Assembly: GCA_041660885.1 (NCBI GenBank) | Contig: JBAZVM010000006.1 | Location: 15,063-79,062, forward strand | DNA: 64,000 nt | Direction: 5' to 3' | From: Patescibacteria group bacterium | GTDB lineage: Bacteria > Patescibacteriota > Patescibacteriia > UBA9570 > JAHJKD01 | Part shown: positions 10,019-19,746 of the stretch, piece after piece | Numbering within the stretch: the first letter of the stretch is position 1 | Layout: the number at the start of each line of letters is the position of its first letter | Notes under the pieces: generated by a model | Databases searched by the model: none | What the model was told of the DNA's origin: nothing | The model's input: only the letters and a program-made list of their open reading frames with translations | Made by a program: the position numbers and the translations under genes

Positions 10019-10039
10019 CCCCACATTTAAAATGTGGGG
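10019..10039. repeat. REP-like palindromic hairpin (CCCCACAT-TTAAA-ATGTGGGG)
   Basis: Perfect stem. Related to the hairpins flanking tnpA at 13892-13966 (shared GTGGGGCTAAG / GTGGGCTAAGC). Confidence 0.5.
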
Positions 10040-10073
10040 CTAAGGAGAGCTTATATAATTAATCAAAAATATC

Positions 10074-11912
10074 ATGTGTGGTATCATCGGATACGTCGGC
10101 AACAAAAAAGCAGCCCCAATATTAATAGAAGGCTTAAAAAAAATGGAATATCGCGGATACGATTCCGCCGGAGTGGCCATTATTCATAAAAAAGGAAAAA
10201 TATCCTGCCATAAGAAAAAAGGGAAGATTTCTAATCTGGAAAAAGATCTTCCGGAAATTTTAAACGACGGAAGCATTGGCATTGCCCACACTCGCTGGGC
10301 TACCCATGGCGCGCCATCAGATCTAAACGCCCACCCGCATGCCGGTTGCGATGAAGAATTATATTTGGTGCATAATGGCATTATAGAAAATTATTACGAT
10401 TTAAAAAAACAATTAATCAGCGAAGGCCACAAAATAAAAACTCAGACGGATACGGAAATTTTGGTACACTTGGTGGAAAAATATTATAAAAAACACAAGC
10501 CGTTGGAAACAGCGGTGATGAAAGCTTTGGGCGATGTTGTGGGCACTTACGGTTTGGCCGTGGTTTCTTCTTCCGAGCCCAATAAAATAGTGGCGGCCCG
10601 CTTGGGAAGCCCCTTGGTTTTGGGAGTGGTAAAAGATGGAGAATATATTGTGGCTTCCGATGTTACAGCTTTGCTCAAGCATACCAGACAAGTGATATAC
10701 ATGGAAGACAGAGAAATAGTCACCATCACTCCCAAGGGATTTGAAATCTGCACTTTAGATAATAAAAAAATTACCAAATCAATCAGACAGATAGAGTGGG
10801 ATATGAAAGAAGCGGAAAAGCAAGGCCACCCGCATTTCATGTTTAAAGAAATTATGGAACAGCCGCACGTGGTGCAAGACGCCATGCGCGGACGTTTGAT
10901 TACCGAAGAAGGATTATCCCGTTTAGGTGGATTTATGGAACAGGAAGAGCGCTTGCGCAAAGTAAAAAGAATCGTCATAGTCGCTTGCGGTACGGCTTAC
11001 TACGCCGGCTTGGTGGGAGAGTATATGATAGAAGAATACGCGGGCATTCCCACGGAAGTGGATTTTGCTTCCGAATTCCGTTATAAAAAACCGGTTATCA
11101 ACGGAGACACCGCCGTAATTATAATCAGCCAATCCGGAGAAACAGCCGATACCCTAGCCGCTCTGCGCGAATCCAAAAGAAAGGGCGCTTTAGTTTTAGG
11201 CATTGTTAATGTGGTTGGCTCCACCATCGCGCGCGAAGTGGACGCCGGCGCTTATTCTCACGCGGGTCCGGAAATCGGCGTGGCTTCCACTAAAGCTTTT
11301 ATGTCGCAGCTGACCGTTTTGGTTTTGGTAGCCATGTATTTGGGTAGGCAAAGAGGCATGTCTCTCGTCACCGGTAAAAGAATCGGCGAGGAATTGAAAT
11401 TAATACCGGATAAAATAAAGAAAATTTTAAAGCAAAACGACGACATAAAAAAATTAGCCAAGAAATATTATAAATATAAAGATTTTTTATACTTGGGCCG
11501 CAAATACAATTACGCCATTGCCTATGAAGGCGCTTTAAAGCTTAAAGAAATTTCTTATATTCATAGCGAAGGTTTTGGTTCCGGCGAGATGAAACACGGC
11601 CCGATTGCTTTGATAGATGAAAATTTCCCCACTTTGATGATTGTTCCGCAAGACAGCGTATATGAAAAAAATATGAGCAACTTGCAGGAAGTAAAAGCCC
11701 GCGGCGGGAAAATCATCGCCATTGCCACCGAAGGGGATAAAGAAATAAAAAAATTAGTGGATGATGTGATTTATATTCCGAAAACTTTAGAAATGTTAAC
11801 CCCGATGCTTACAGTTATTCCTCTCCAGCTTTTTGCCTATCATTGCGCCGTCTTGTTAAAACGCAATGTGGATCAGCCTCGTAATTTGGCTAAGAGTGTT
11901 ACGGTAGAATAA
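10074..11912 (+). CDS. glmS: glutamine--fructose-6-phosphate aminotransferase
   Basis: N-terminal MCGIIGY Ntn amidotransferase domain, two SIS domains, C-terminal ...AKSVTVE. Confidence 0.95.
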   Translation: MCGIIGYVGNKKAAPILIEGLKKMEYRGYDSAGVAIIHKKGKISCHKKKGKISNLEKDLPEILNDGSIGIAHTRWATHGAPSDLNAHPHAGCDEELYLVHNGIIENYYDLKKQLISEGHKIKTQTDTEILVHLVEKYYKKHKPLETAVMKALGDVVGTYGLAVVSSSEPNKIVAARLGSPLVLGVVKDGEYIVASDVTALLKHTRQVIYMEDREIVTITPKGFEICTLDNKKITKSIRQIEWDMKEAEKQGHPHFMFKEIMEQPHVVQDAMRGRLITEEGLSRLGGFMEQEERLRKVKRIVIVACGTAYYAGLVGEYMIEEYAGIPTEVDFASEFRYKKPVINGDTAVIIISQSGETADTLAALRESKRKGALVLGIVNVVGSTIAREVDAGAYSHAGPEIGVASTKAFMSQLTVLVLVAMYLGRQRGMSLVTGKRIGEELKLIPDKIKKILKQNDDIKKLAKKYYKYKDFLYLGRKYNYAIAYEGALKLKEISYIHSEGFGSGEMKHGPIALIDENFPTLMIVPQDSVYEKNMSNLQEVKARGGKIIAIATEGDKEIKKLVDDVIYIPKTLEMLTPMLTVIPLQLFAYHCAVLLKRNVDQPRNLAKSVTVE

Positions 11913-11983
11913 TAGGTACAGACGTGGCATGCCACGTCTCTACACTTGACTCTTATATAGTGATTTGCTAGTTTAGTTTTATA

Positions 11984-12023
11984 GGCGCTCCCTCTTTTCC
12001 CTAGAGAAGGAGCGTCTTTTTTT
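11984..12023 (+). terminator. strong intrinsic terminator abutting the comEC start codon
   Basis: About 12-bp stem GGCGCTCCCTCT / AGAGAAGGAGCGTC with one mismatch, followed by T7. A 20-bp perfect palindrome AGACGTGGCATGCCACGTCT lies upstream at 11920-11939. Confidence 0.65.
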
Positions 12024-13445
12024 ATGCATAAAAGCGAAAAGCTGTTATACTTCTGCTTATTTTTTTTAGGCGGAGTTTTTACCGCATCCTTATGGCCTAA
12101 TATTTATTATGGCTTTATTATCGCTATTATTTTTTATGGGATTATAAAAAATTTTAGAATATTATTCTTATTATTGTGCGTCGCGGCTTTTTGGGGAGGC
12201 GGATATTATTTAAAAGAGTCATATATAAAAGAAAATAATTATTATAATAAAGAGATATCTTTTCAAGGCGTTGTTGCGCAAGAGACGGATGAAAGAAATC
12301 TATATACGAATTTAATAGTAAAATCAGATAAATTCAATGGGCTAGTTTTGGTGAAGGCTCCGGTGTATCCGCAATATCAGTATGGTGATTTGCTGGAAAT
12401 ATATTGCTTGATAGAAAAACCGGATAAAATAGAGGATTTTGATTACGCGAAATATTTGGCCATATCCGATATTTACAGTTTATGTTCCGATCCGCAAATA
12501 AAATTACTAGGTGAGCATAAAGGTGATATTATTCTGCAAAATATTTTTGCTTTAAAAAAATATTTGCAAAATATTATTAATAAAATTTGGACTATGCCAA
12601 GTTCGGCTTTCATGGCCGGGTTGCTTTTGGGAATGAAAAAGGGTTTGCCCGCGGAAATAGAGAATGATTTTAAAAGCACGGGCACAATCCATATTTTGGT
12701 CGTATCCGGTTCGCACCTGGTAGTTCTGGCCGCTTTTGTGCGCGAGCTGCTTAAAAATTTTTATATTAATAGGAAAAAACTTTTTTATATTATTGCCGGC
12801 GTATTGATTTTTTATGTGGTTTTAACCGGCATGTCGGCCGCGGCTGTGCGCGCGGCTTTATTAGCAATATTAATAATGCTGGCGGAAAAATTTTGCCGCC
12901 CAAAAGCCACGCTGAACATTCTTATCTTCAGCGCTTTTTTAATGGTAATACAGAATCCCAAAATTTTAGTTTACGATACCGGATTTCAACTTTCATTTTT
13001 AGCCACGGTCGGATTGGTTTATCTAAGTAAACCTATGGAGAAAGTGTTATTTTTTCTTCCGCAATTTCTCGGTATAAAAAATTTAATGGCGCAAACCCTT
13101 TCCGCCATAGCTTTAACCAATCCTATTATCTGGTATCAATTCGGCAGGCTCTCTCTTGTGGCGCCTTTAGCAAATTTATTAACAGTTCCGTTTATTAATA
13201 GCATTATGATTGCCGGCATGGTGGCGGTATTTTTAGCCGCGCTTATTCCCATTCTCGGCCAGCTGGCGGCTTGGCTGGTAATGCTGCTTATTAATTTGGT
13301 GCTGTTCATTAATCATTGGCTCGCATCACTTTCTTGGGCCAGCATTGCGGCGCCGGCGCTTTCGGCCTATTGGCTGGCAGCGATTTATTTAATTATTTTA
13401 GGAATTATTTACTTGTTAAACAGAAAAGACAACACACACGTTTAA
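12024..13445 (+). CDS. comEC: ComEC/Rec2 DNA-uptake channel, membrane part (DUF4131 plus competence domain)
   Basis: Polytopic membrane ORF. Competence-domain motif GTIHILVVSGSHL. Ends just before the tnpA element. Confidence 0.8.
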   Translation: MHKSEKLLYFCLFFLGGVFTASLWPNIYYGFIIAIIFYGIIKNFRILFLLLCVAAFWGGGYYLKESYIKENNYYNKEISFQGVVAQETDERNLYTNLIVKSDKFNGLVLVKAPVYPQYQYGDLLEIYCLIEKPDKIEDFDYAKYLAISDIYSLCSDPQIKLLGEHKGDIILQNIFALKKYLQNIINKIWTMPSSAFMAGLLLGMKKGLPAEIENDFKSTGTIHILVVSGSHLVVLAAFVRELLKNFYINRKKLFYIIAGVLIFYVVLTGMSAAAVRAALLAILIMLAEKFCRPKATLNILIFSAFLMVIQNPKILVYDTGFQLSFLATVGLVYLSKPMEKVLFFLPQFLGIKNLMAQTLSAIALTNPIIWYQFGRLSLVAPLANLLTVPFINSIMIAGMVAVFLAALIPILGQLAAWLVMLLINLVLFINHWLASLSWASIAAPALSAYWLAAIYLIILGIIYLLNRKDNTHV

Positions 13446-13966
13446 AACGTGGGGTTGTCTTTTACTATTAATATGGATATTAAAAATCAAAAAATATATC
13501 ATCTTGTATTTGCCACATATAAAAGAAAGCCCATTCTTTATGCTGAATTATATAGATATACTTTATCCGCAATACTTAATAATATATTTATAGAGAAAAA
13601 AATTAAAGTAATAATTTATAAAATATTGTCTGACCATATTCATCTTTTAATAGTTAAACAAAAAAATGTAGAATTATTTTGGATCATCAAATTAATAAAA
13701 GGGATTTCAACTTATTATTTTTATCAACAATTTAATGATATAAAATTTGATGTTCAAAAAGGAAGGCTATGGGCAAAAGGATATTGGTGGGAATTAATAA
13801 AAAATGAAAAACAGCTAAAAAATACTATTTTATATATAAAAAATAATAATGATAAATATAAATAATAAAAATATGCTATCATCAGGTTATAGCTTAACCC
13901 CACATTTTATATGTGTGGGTTAAGCGGCTTTAGCCTGTGGGCGTAAAAAAGATTTGTGGGCTAAGC
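13427..13966 (+). mobile_element. IS200/IS605-like or RAYT-type element (tnpA flanked by subterminal hairpins) inserted between the two comEC parts
   Basis: Left hairpin 13427-13460 (AGACAAC...GTTGTCT enclosing CACG-TTTAAAA-CGTG). Right hairpin 13892-13925 (GCTTAACCCCACA...TGTGTGGGTTAAGC). Further GTGGG repeats extend to 13966. Confidence 0.6.
13473..13865 (+). CDS. tnpA: Y1 HUH transposase TnpA (IS200/IS605 family) or REP-associated tyrosine transposase
   Basis: IYHLVFATYKRKP, HUH motif SDHIHLLIV, LIKGIS, WAKGYW. About 130 aa from ATG 13473; the track ORF begins at GTG 13449. Confidence 0.8.
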   Translation: MDIKNQKIYHLVFATYKRKPILYAELYRYTLSAILNNIFIEKKIKVIIYKILSDHIHLLIVKQKNVELFWIIKLIKGISTYYFYQQFNDIKFDVQKGRLWAKGYWWELIKNEKQLKNTILYIKNNNDKYK

Positions 13967-13985
13967 GATATGCTTATTATAAAAT

Positions 13986-14849
13986 ATGTCTCAAAGAAAA
14001 ATACTTAAATTATTAATGGCATTGCTCTTACTTTGCGTAGGCGCGGGATATTTTTATATTGAGCAATCCAAACCCCATGGCTTGCAGGTTTATTATTTGA
14101 ATGTGGGGCAGGGGGATAGCGTTTTAATCCGCACGCCGGATAATCAGGATATTCTTATCGACGGCGGTCCGGATAAAGCCGTGCTTAGTGAATTGGGAAA
14201 GTATCTGCCGTTCTGGGATAGAGATATAGAGCTGATGTTGCTGACCCATCCGCATGAAGATCATATCGCCGGCTTAATACCCGTGCTTAATCAGTATCAG
14301 GTTAATAAAATTTTATATAACGATGTGGCTTATGAAAATAATAATTTCGCGGAATTTGAAAAAATAATTCAAGATAAAAAAATTGATACGGCGTCGTTTG
14401 TTTATGGAGATAAAATAAATTTAGCGCCGGATATTTATTTAGAAAGCGTTTACCCCTTTGGCAATAGCGACTTAAACGCCATAGAAAATATCAATAATAC
14501 TTCTTTAGTAAGCCGCTTGGTTTACAAAGAAAACGAGTTTATTTTTACCGGAGACGCGGAGCAAGAAACAGAGCAAATAATTCTGGATAATCAAATCAAT
14601 ATTCAAGCCGATGTTTTAAAAGTTGGGCATCACGGCTCAAAAACCGCTTCTATCGAAGCTTTTTTAGACGCGGTTAAACCTAGCCAAGCCGTAATCTCTT
14701 GCGGCGTGGGCAATAAATTCAAACACCCGCATTTTATTACGCTTTATAAGTTTCAGCAGAGAGATTATACAATTTGGCGCACGGATGAAGACGGCACTGT
14801 TAAATGCGAAGGAGACGGGATTGAAATTAATTGCGAGAAAATGCTATAA
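13986..14849 (+). CDS. comEC: ComEC C-terminal metallo-beta-lactamase domain, encoded as a separate ORF
   Basis: N-terminal TM helix. MBL motifs LNVGQGDS, THPHEDH, KVGHHGS. Confidence 0.85.
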   Translation: MSQRKILKLLMALLLLCVGAGYFYIEQSKPHGLQVYYLNVGQGDSVLIRTPDNQDILIDGGPDKAVLSELGKYLPFWDRDIELMLLTHPHEDHIAGLIPVLNQYQVNKILYNDVAYENNNFAEFEKIIQDKKIDTASFVYGDKINLAPDIYLESVYPFGNSDLNAIENINNTSLVSRLVYKENEFIFTGDAEQETEQIILDNQINIQADVLKVGHHGSKTASIEAFLDAVKPSQAVISCGVGNKFKHPHFITLYKFQQRDYTIWRTDEDGTVKCEGDGIEINCEKML

Positions 14850-14881
14850 TAAGTATAATAATAACAAATTAACATAAAACA

Positions 14882-16624
14882 ATGGAAAAAATAAAAAAAA
14901 TAATCCCCATGGGTTTTGTTTTTAGTATGCTCCTGGGGGTTTTTTGTTTTGCCAATTCCGCACTGGCCGCTTGGCAATCGGAACAATTAGAGAATGATTA
15001 TTCCATTTCCGGCCAAGACAATGCGATTGCTTTGACTAGCGGGGGAGATCCAGTAATTTTATATGATTATAATGGCACGGAAGGCGACGAATCTGTTTAT
15101 AAACTCAAAGTAGCCACCAAAGATGCTGATGGCTGGAATTTTGAAACAGTCGTTAATACTACTGAAGAAAATATCGGATGGAGCGCGGACTTAGTTTTAG
15201 ACGCCGATGATCAACCGCACATAGCTTATTTGTATAAGGAAAATTGGCCAGATGAAGAAGCTGGCGATTATACTGTTTCTTTAAAATACGCATATAAAAC
15301 CAATGATGGTTGGGAATATGAAACCGTGGCCACTTACAGTAATGCCAGCGACAGACCGGCTACCGGAACCGTTAGTTTAGAATTAGATTCTAATGGGAAT
15401 CCGGCCATTGCTTATACGGGAGTTGGAGACAGCTATCAAACGAAATACGCATATAAATTAAATGATGTCTGGCAAACAGAATCTATTGAAGCTGATTTAA
15501 ACTGCGAAGATGCTGATATGGTATTTGATTCTATTGATTTGCCACATATTGTCATGGCTTGCCGCGATAATTATGAAACTATAAGCGGTGTTAATTATCA
15601 TGATGCGGTATTATATTCTACTTATAAAAATGGCGGAGTATGGGAAGCTTATGAAACTGTTGATGCCAATGAAGATTTAACTTCATCCGGTTATGATTAT
15701 TATAAGCATCTCTCTTTAACTATCAATGAAGATAACCAATTGTTCGTGCTGTATCACGATATGTTGAATCGCAATTTAATGTATGCCGATAATACTTCCG
15801 GCGCTTGGGCCGCGGAATTTGTAGATGACAGTTTTTACGCGGAGGATGTCAGTCCCATTAATGTTTATTTTAAGAATTCCATTGCTTTAGACAACAGCGG
15901 CTATCCATACGTAGCGTATTATAATTTTTATGTGAAGAGCTTGATGATTGCTCACAAATACCCGGATGGTTGGCATTTTCAGTTCATGTTTTCCGTGCCA
16001 TGGAAAAATGAAGGCGGATTACCCTCAATGACTTTCGATACCGCAAATACTCCGCATATCAGCTATATTGGAATGAATGTGACGGAAGAATACGCGGTGC
16101 GTTATGCCTATTTTTCTCTGCCCAGTGTTTTTGCCACTTTAGAAAGTGAAGACATAACCCATTTAAGCGAGCTGAACAATGAAACAATTGTCACAGAAGG
16201 GCATTCCTATTTTACAAAAGGATTTGCTATGTCATATTTAACTTTGCCCTCAAAATTGCAGGAGAGTCGTTATTATATAAGAAGTGCAAAGATTGCTAAA
16301 TATCCCGAACACTATGGTATAAGTCATAGTAAAATTTTTAAAAAATATTGGCGTGTGACCAGTAATTTAAATACTTACGTGCCAAGCACCGAGGATGAAA
16401 CATATTCTCTGCGCTTAATGTTTTCCTATAAACCCGCAGAACTGAAAGCGATTAAACGTCATGGCGTAAGAGAAAATCAGTTAAAATTAAAGTATTTTGA
16501 TCGCACCAGCCAAACTTGGGTAGAGGTGGCAGATGCCGAGCATGATTCAGCACGCAATCTATTCTATGTTACTTTAGATTCCTACACATACCCAACCAAG
16601 ACTTTATTCACTATCGGTAAGTAA
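14882..16624 (+). CDS. secreted hypothetical protein (580 aa)
   Basis: Signal peptide (FCFANSALA). Repetitive beta-rich sequence with a recurring pattern (PHIAY, PAIAY, PHIVM, PYVAY, PHISY) that suggests a propeller-like repeat. Confidence 0.55.
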   Translation: MEKIKKIIPMGFVFSMLLGVFCFANSALAAWQSEQLENDYSISGQDNAIALTSGGDPVILYDYNGTEGDESVYKLKVATKDADGWNFETVVNTTEENIGWSADLVLDADDQPHIAYLYKENWPDEEAGDYTVSLKYAYKTNDGWEYETVATYSNASDRPATGTVSLELDSNGNPAIAYTGVGDSYQTKYAYKLNDVWQTESIEADLNCEDADMVFDSIDLPHIVMACRDNYETISGVNYHDAVLYSTYKNGGVWEAYETVDANEDLTSSGYDYYKHLSLTINEDNQLFVLYHDMLNRNLMYADNTSGAWAAEFVDDSFYAEDVSPINVYFKNSIALDNSGYPYVAYYNFYVKSLMIAHKYPDGWHFQFMFSVPWKNEGGLPSMTFDTANTPHISYIGMNVTEEYAVRYAYFSLPSVFATLESEDITHLSELNNETIVTEGHSYFTKGFAMSYLTLPSKLQESRYYIRSAKIAKYPEHYGISHSKIFKKYWRVTSNLNTYVPSTEDETYSLRLMFSYKPAELKAIKRHGVRENQLKLKYFDRTSQTWVEVADAEHDSARNLFYVTLDSYTYPTKTLFTIGK

Positions 16625-16640
16625 AAAATTTATAATCGAT

Positions 16641-16669
16641 AAAAAGCCCGGTTCATAGCCGGGCTTTTT
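16641..16669 (+). terminator. intrinsic terminator
   Basis: AAAAAGCCCGG-TTCATAG-CCGGGCTTTTT. Confidence 0.75.
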
Positions 16670-16709
16670 CAAATATAGTTGAAATATCTTCTAATAAAAT
16701 GATATAATA

Positions 16710-17933
16710 ATGCGCATGAGTATAATAAAAGGAAACATGGTCATTGGCCAATCGGGCGGGCCAACGGCCGTTATCAATCAAAGCCTGGTGGGCGCTATTA
16801 AACAAGCCATGAAGCATCCCGAGATTACGGGGATATACGGCATGAAGCATGGCGTGAAAGGCGCGCTTAGCGAACAATTTATTGATTTAAAACAAGAAGA
16901 CGAAGCCACGCTGGAAGTAATTGCCAACACTCCGGCTTCAGCTTTGGGCACTTGCCGCCATAAACCCACGGAAGAAGAATGCCAAAAACTTTTCACCATA
17001 TTTGAAAAGTATCATGTAAAATATTGGTTTTATATCGGTGGAAACGATTCCGCGGAAACTTGCCATGTGGTCAATGAAATCGCCAAGAAGCACAAATACG
17101 AATTGCGTATTTTTCACATTCCCAAAACCATTGATAATGATTTAGTAATAACCGATCATTGCCCGGGATACGCTTCGGCCGCGAAATATGTGGCTTTATG
17201 TTTTATGGGTAATAATCTGGATAATCGTTCTTTACCCGGAGTAAAGATTGATATCGTGATGGGCCGGCACGCGGGCTGGCTAACGGCCGCCTCAAGTTTG
17301 GGTAGAAAATTCGATGATGACGGCCCGCATTTAATATATGTGCCCGAACATCCGGTTTCTTTGGAACAAATTGTAAAAGACATAGACGCGGTTTATGAAA
17401 AATTAGGGAGATGTTTGGTGGCTGTTTCCGAAGGCGTAAAAACGCCAGATGGAAAATTACTGGGTGAAGGTTTTATTAAAGAAAAAGACATGCACGGCAA
17501 TGTGCAGCTTTCCGGCTCCGGCGCTCTTGGCGATTCTTTGGCTGAGTACGTGAAAGAACATTCCAAACATAAGAAATTAAGAGTGCGCGCCGATACTTTG
17601 GGTTACGCCCAACGATCCTTCCCGAAAATCGTAAGCGAGACAGATAAACAAGAAGCCAGAATGGTTGGGGAAGAAGCCGTTAAGTACGCCATGAAAGGAG
17701 ATATCGACGGCTCGGTTACCATTAAAAGAATCGGCGAAGGTGATAATTATGCCACAGAACCCGATTTGGTAAAATTATCCGAAGTGGCTAAAAAAACAAA
17801 ATTACTGCCTAAAGAATTTATTAATGCAGAAGGAAAAAATGTTACGCCGGAGTTTTTAAATTACGCTTTGCCTTTAGTAGGCGATTTACCCGAGCATCTT
17901 CGCTTAAAAGAAGTGCCGGTTATAAAGAATTAA
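16710..17933 (+). CDS. pfp: phosphofructokinase, PPi-dependent type
   Basis: GGPTAVINQSL, IGGNDS and PKTIDND motifs. About 400 aa. An alternative start exists at 16716. Confidence 0.85.
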   Translation: MRMSIIKGNMVIGQSGGPTAVINQSLVGAIKQAMKHPEITGIYGMKHGVKGALSEQFIDLKQEDEATLEVIANTPASALGTCRHKPTEEECQKLFTIFEKYHVKYWFYIGGNDSAETCHVVNEIAKKHKYELRIFHIPKTIDNDLVITDHCPGYASAAKYVALCFMGNNLDNRSLPGVKIDIVMGRHAGWLTAASSLGRKFDDDGPHLIYVPEHPVSLEQIVKDIDAVYEKLGRCLVAVSEGVKTPDGKLLGEGFIKEKDMHGNVQLSGSGALGDSLAEYVKEHSKHKKLRVRADTLGYAQRSFPKIVSETDKQEARMVGEEAVKYAMKGDIDGSVTIKRIGEGDNYATEPDLVKLSEVAKKTKLLPKEFINAEGKNVTPEFLNYALPLVGDLPEHLRLKEVPVIKN

Positions 17934-17950
17934 TATTTAAGCTTCTATAT

Positions 17951-17973
17951 ACCCCCGGTTTTAAACCGGGGGT
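17951..17973. repeat. palindromic intergenic repeat ACCCCCGGTTTTAAACCGGGGGT (copy 1)
   Basis: Near-identical copy at 42476-42498. Both lie just downstream of a + strand gene. Confidence 0.55.
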
Positions 17974-17989
17974 TAGAAAGGAACAACTT

Positions 17990-18979
17990 ATGCTCGTACC
18001 AAGTAAAATTTTGTTGGATCATGCGTTAAAAAATAAATATTGCGTTGGCGCTTTTAACGTGAACAACATGGAACAGATTCAAGCCATAATGCAAGCGGCC
18101 TCCGAAACGTTGTCGCCGGTTATTGTTCAGGCGTCTCGCGGGGCTTTAAAGTATTCTAAAATGATTTATTTACAGAAATTAATGGAAGCGGCCAGTATAG
18201 ATAATCCGGAAATTCCCGTGACTATTCATTTAGACCATGGCAATTCTCTGGCCACGGTAAAAGAAGCCGTAGCTTTAAAATTCACTTCCGTAATGATAGA
18301 CGGTTCTTTAGATGAAACCGGAAAGATTCCCAATACCTACGAACAAAATGTGGCTGTGACAAAATCCGTTGTTGAATATTGCCATCCTTTGGGCATTACC
18401 GTGGAAGGGGAACTCGGCACTTTAGGCGGCATTGAAGACGGCGTGGGTTCTGGCAAAGTACAATTAACCGATCCGGATCAAGCCGTGCAATTCGTGAAAG
18501 AAACCGGAGTGGATTCTTTGGCCGTGGCTATTGGCACTTCTCATGGCGCGTATAAATTTAAAGTGGCGCCGAAACTCGCTTTGGATATCGTAAAAACTAT
18601 TCATGAAAAACTGCCGAATCTGGCTTTGGTTATGCACGGTTCTTCTTCCGTCCCCGAAGAATTGGTGGCGATTGTTAACAAATACGGCGGAAAAATGCCC
18701 AATGCCAAAGGCGTGCCTTTGGATCAAATCCAATCCGTCATTCCGCACGGCGTGGCTAAAGTAAATGTGGATACGGACGGCCGCATCACCATGACCGGCG
18801 CGATAAGAAAAGTTTTTGTGGAACAACCGGAAAAGTTTGACCCCAGAGATTATTTAAAACCGGCTCGTGAAGCTTTAGCCAAGATGATCGCCGAAAGAAT
18901 GAAGGCCTTTGGCACGGCTGGACATGCCAAAGAAATAAAACAGATCTCGTTGGAAGAAGCGAAGAAATTTTATGAATAA
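17990..18979 (+). CDS. fba: class II fructose-bisphosphate aldolase
   Basis: FNVNNMEQ, HLDHG, GELGTLGG, VAIGTSHGAYKF, MHGSSSVP. Confidence 0.9.
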   Translation: MLVPSKILLDHALKNKYCVGAFNVNNMEQIQAIMQAASETLSPVIVQASRGALKYSKMIYLQKLMEAASIDNPEIPVTIHLDHGNSLATVKEAVALKFTSVMIDGSLDETGKIPNTYEQNVAVTKSVVEYCHPLGITVEGELGTLGGIEDGVGSGKVQLTDPDQAVQFVKETGVDSLAVAIGTSHGAYKFKVAPKLALDIVKTIHEKLPNLALVMHGSSSVPEELVAIVNKYGGKMPNAKGVPLDQIQSVIPHGVAKVNVDTDGRITMTGAIRKVFVEQPEKFDPRDYLKPAREALAKMIAERMKAFGTAGHAKEIKQISLEEAKKFYE

Positions 18980-19745
18980 AATCATTAAAATTGTTGCTGT
19001 ATCTTTAATAGTAATATTCATTGGCGGAGTGATTTACGCTCTGGCTTCTTCCGGTATCAAGAGTTATCAAGAAAAAAAGGCTAATCAAACGGCGGAACTT
19101 TCCGCCATAAAACTAGTGGACGCAACTTGCCCAAATTGTTTTAAAATGGATTCTTTGCTTGATATTTTAAAAAAAGAAAATGTAGTTTTTAAGGATATTA
19201 AAGAAGTGGATGTTTCTTCCGAAGAAGGAAATGCTTTAATAAGCCAACATAATATTACTAAAATTCCGATATTAATTATTACGGGGGATATAGAAAAAAA
19301 CGAGCCATTTACCAAACTTTGGGAAGGCTTTGGCCAGAAAAAAGATAAAACTTTAATTTCCGATGTGTTTCCGCCTTATAAAAATTTGAATGATAGCACC
19401 ACTATAGGTTTGGTGGACTTAACTGTAATCTACGACAGCACATGTACGGAGTGCTATAATAGCAAAATGCACGATGTTTATTTGGCTGCGGAAGGAATAT
19501 ATCCGGTTAATACGAATAAATTAGATGCTTCTTCGCAAGAAGCTAAAGATTTAATCGCGAAATATAACATAAAAAAAATTCCCACCGTCATACTAACTCC
19601 GGAGGCGAAGTATTACAAAAATTTAACGGAAAAATGGGTGCAGGATGGATTTATAGCTGATGACGGATATTATATTTTCACGGCTCCGGAAAAAATAGGC
19701 ACTTATAAAGATCTAGAAACAAACGAAATAATTAAAAATAATTAA
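18972..19745 (+). CDS. membrane-anchored protein with two thioredoxin-like CxxC modules
   Basis: N-terminal TM helix. CPNC and CTEC motifs, each followed by KIPxxI(I/L)T. Confidence 0.55.
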   Translation: MNKIIKIVAVSLIVIFIGGVIYALASSGIKSYQEKKANQTAELSAIKLVDATCPNCFKMDSLLDILKKENVVFKDIKEVDVSSEEGNALISQHNITKIPILIITGDIEKNEPFTKLWEGFGQKKDKTLISDVFPPYKNLNDSTTIGLVDLTVIYDSTCTECYNSKMHDVYLAAEGIYPVNTNKLDASSQEAKDLIAKYNIKKIPTVILTPEAKYYKNLTEKWVQDGFIADDGYYIFTAPEKIGTYKDLETNEIIKNN

Positions 19746-19746
19746 T

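Noticed and set aside
9994-10073. glmS ribozyme upstream of glmS.
   Set aside because: The intergenic region is only 80 nt and is occupied by a simple REP-like hairpin. It is far too short for the glmS ribozyme core, and none of its conserved segments is recognisable.
11920-11939. The 20-bp perfect palindrome AGACGTGGCATGCCACGTCT after glmS, considered as a regulatory operator.
   Set aside because: There is a single copy, located where a terminator hairpin is expected, and no second site or associated regulator. I kept it only as part of the glmS 3-prime region.
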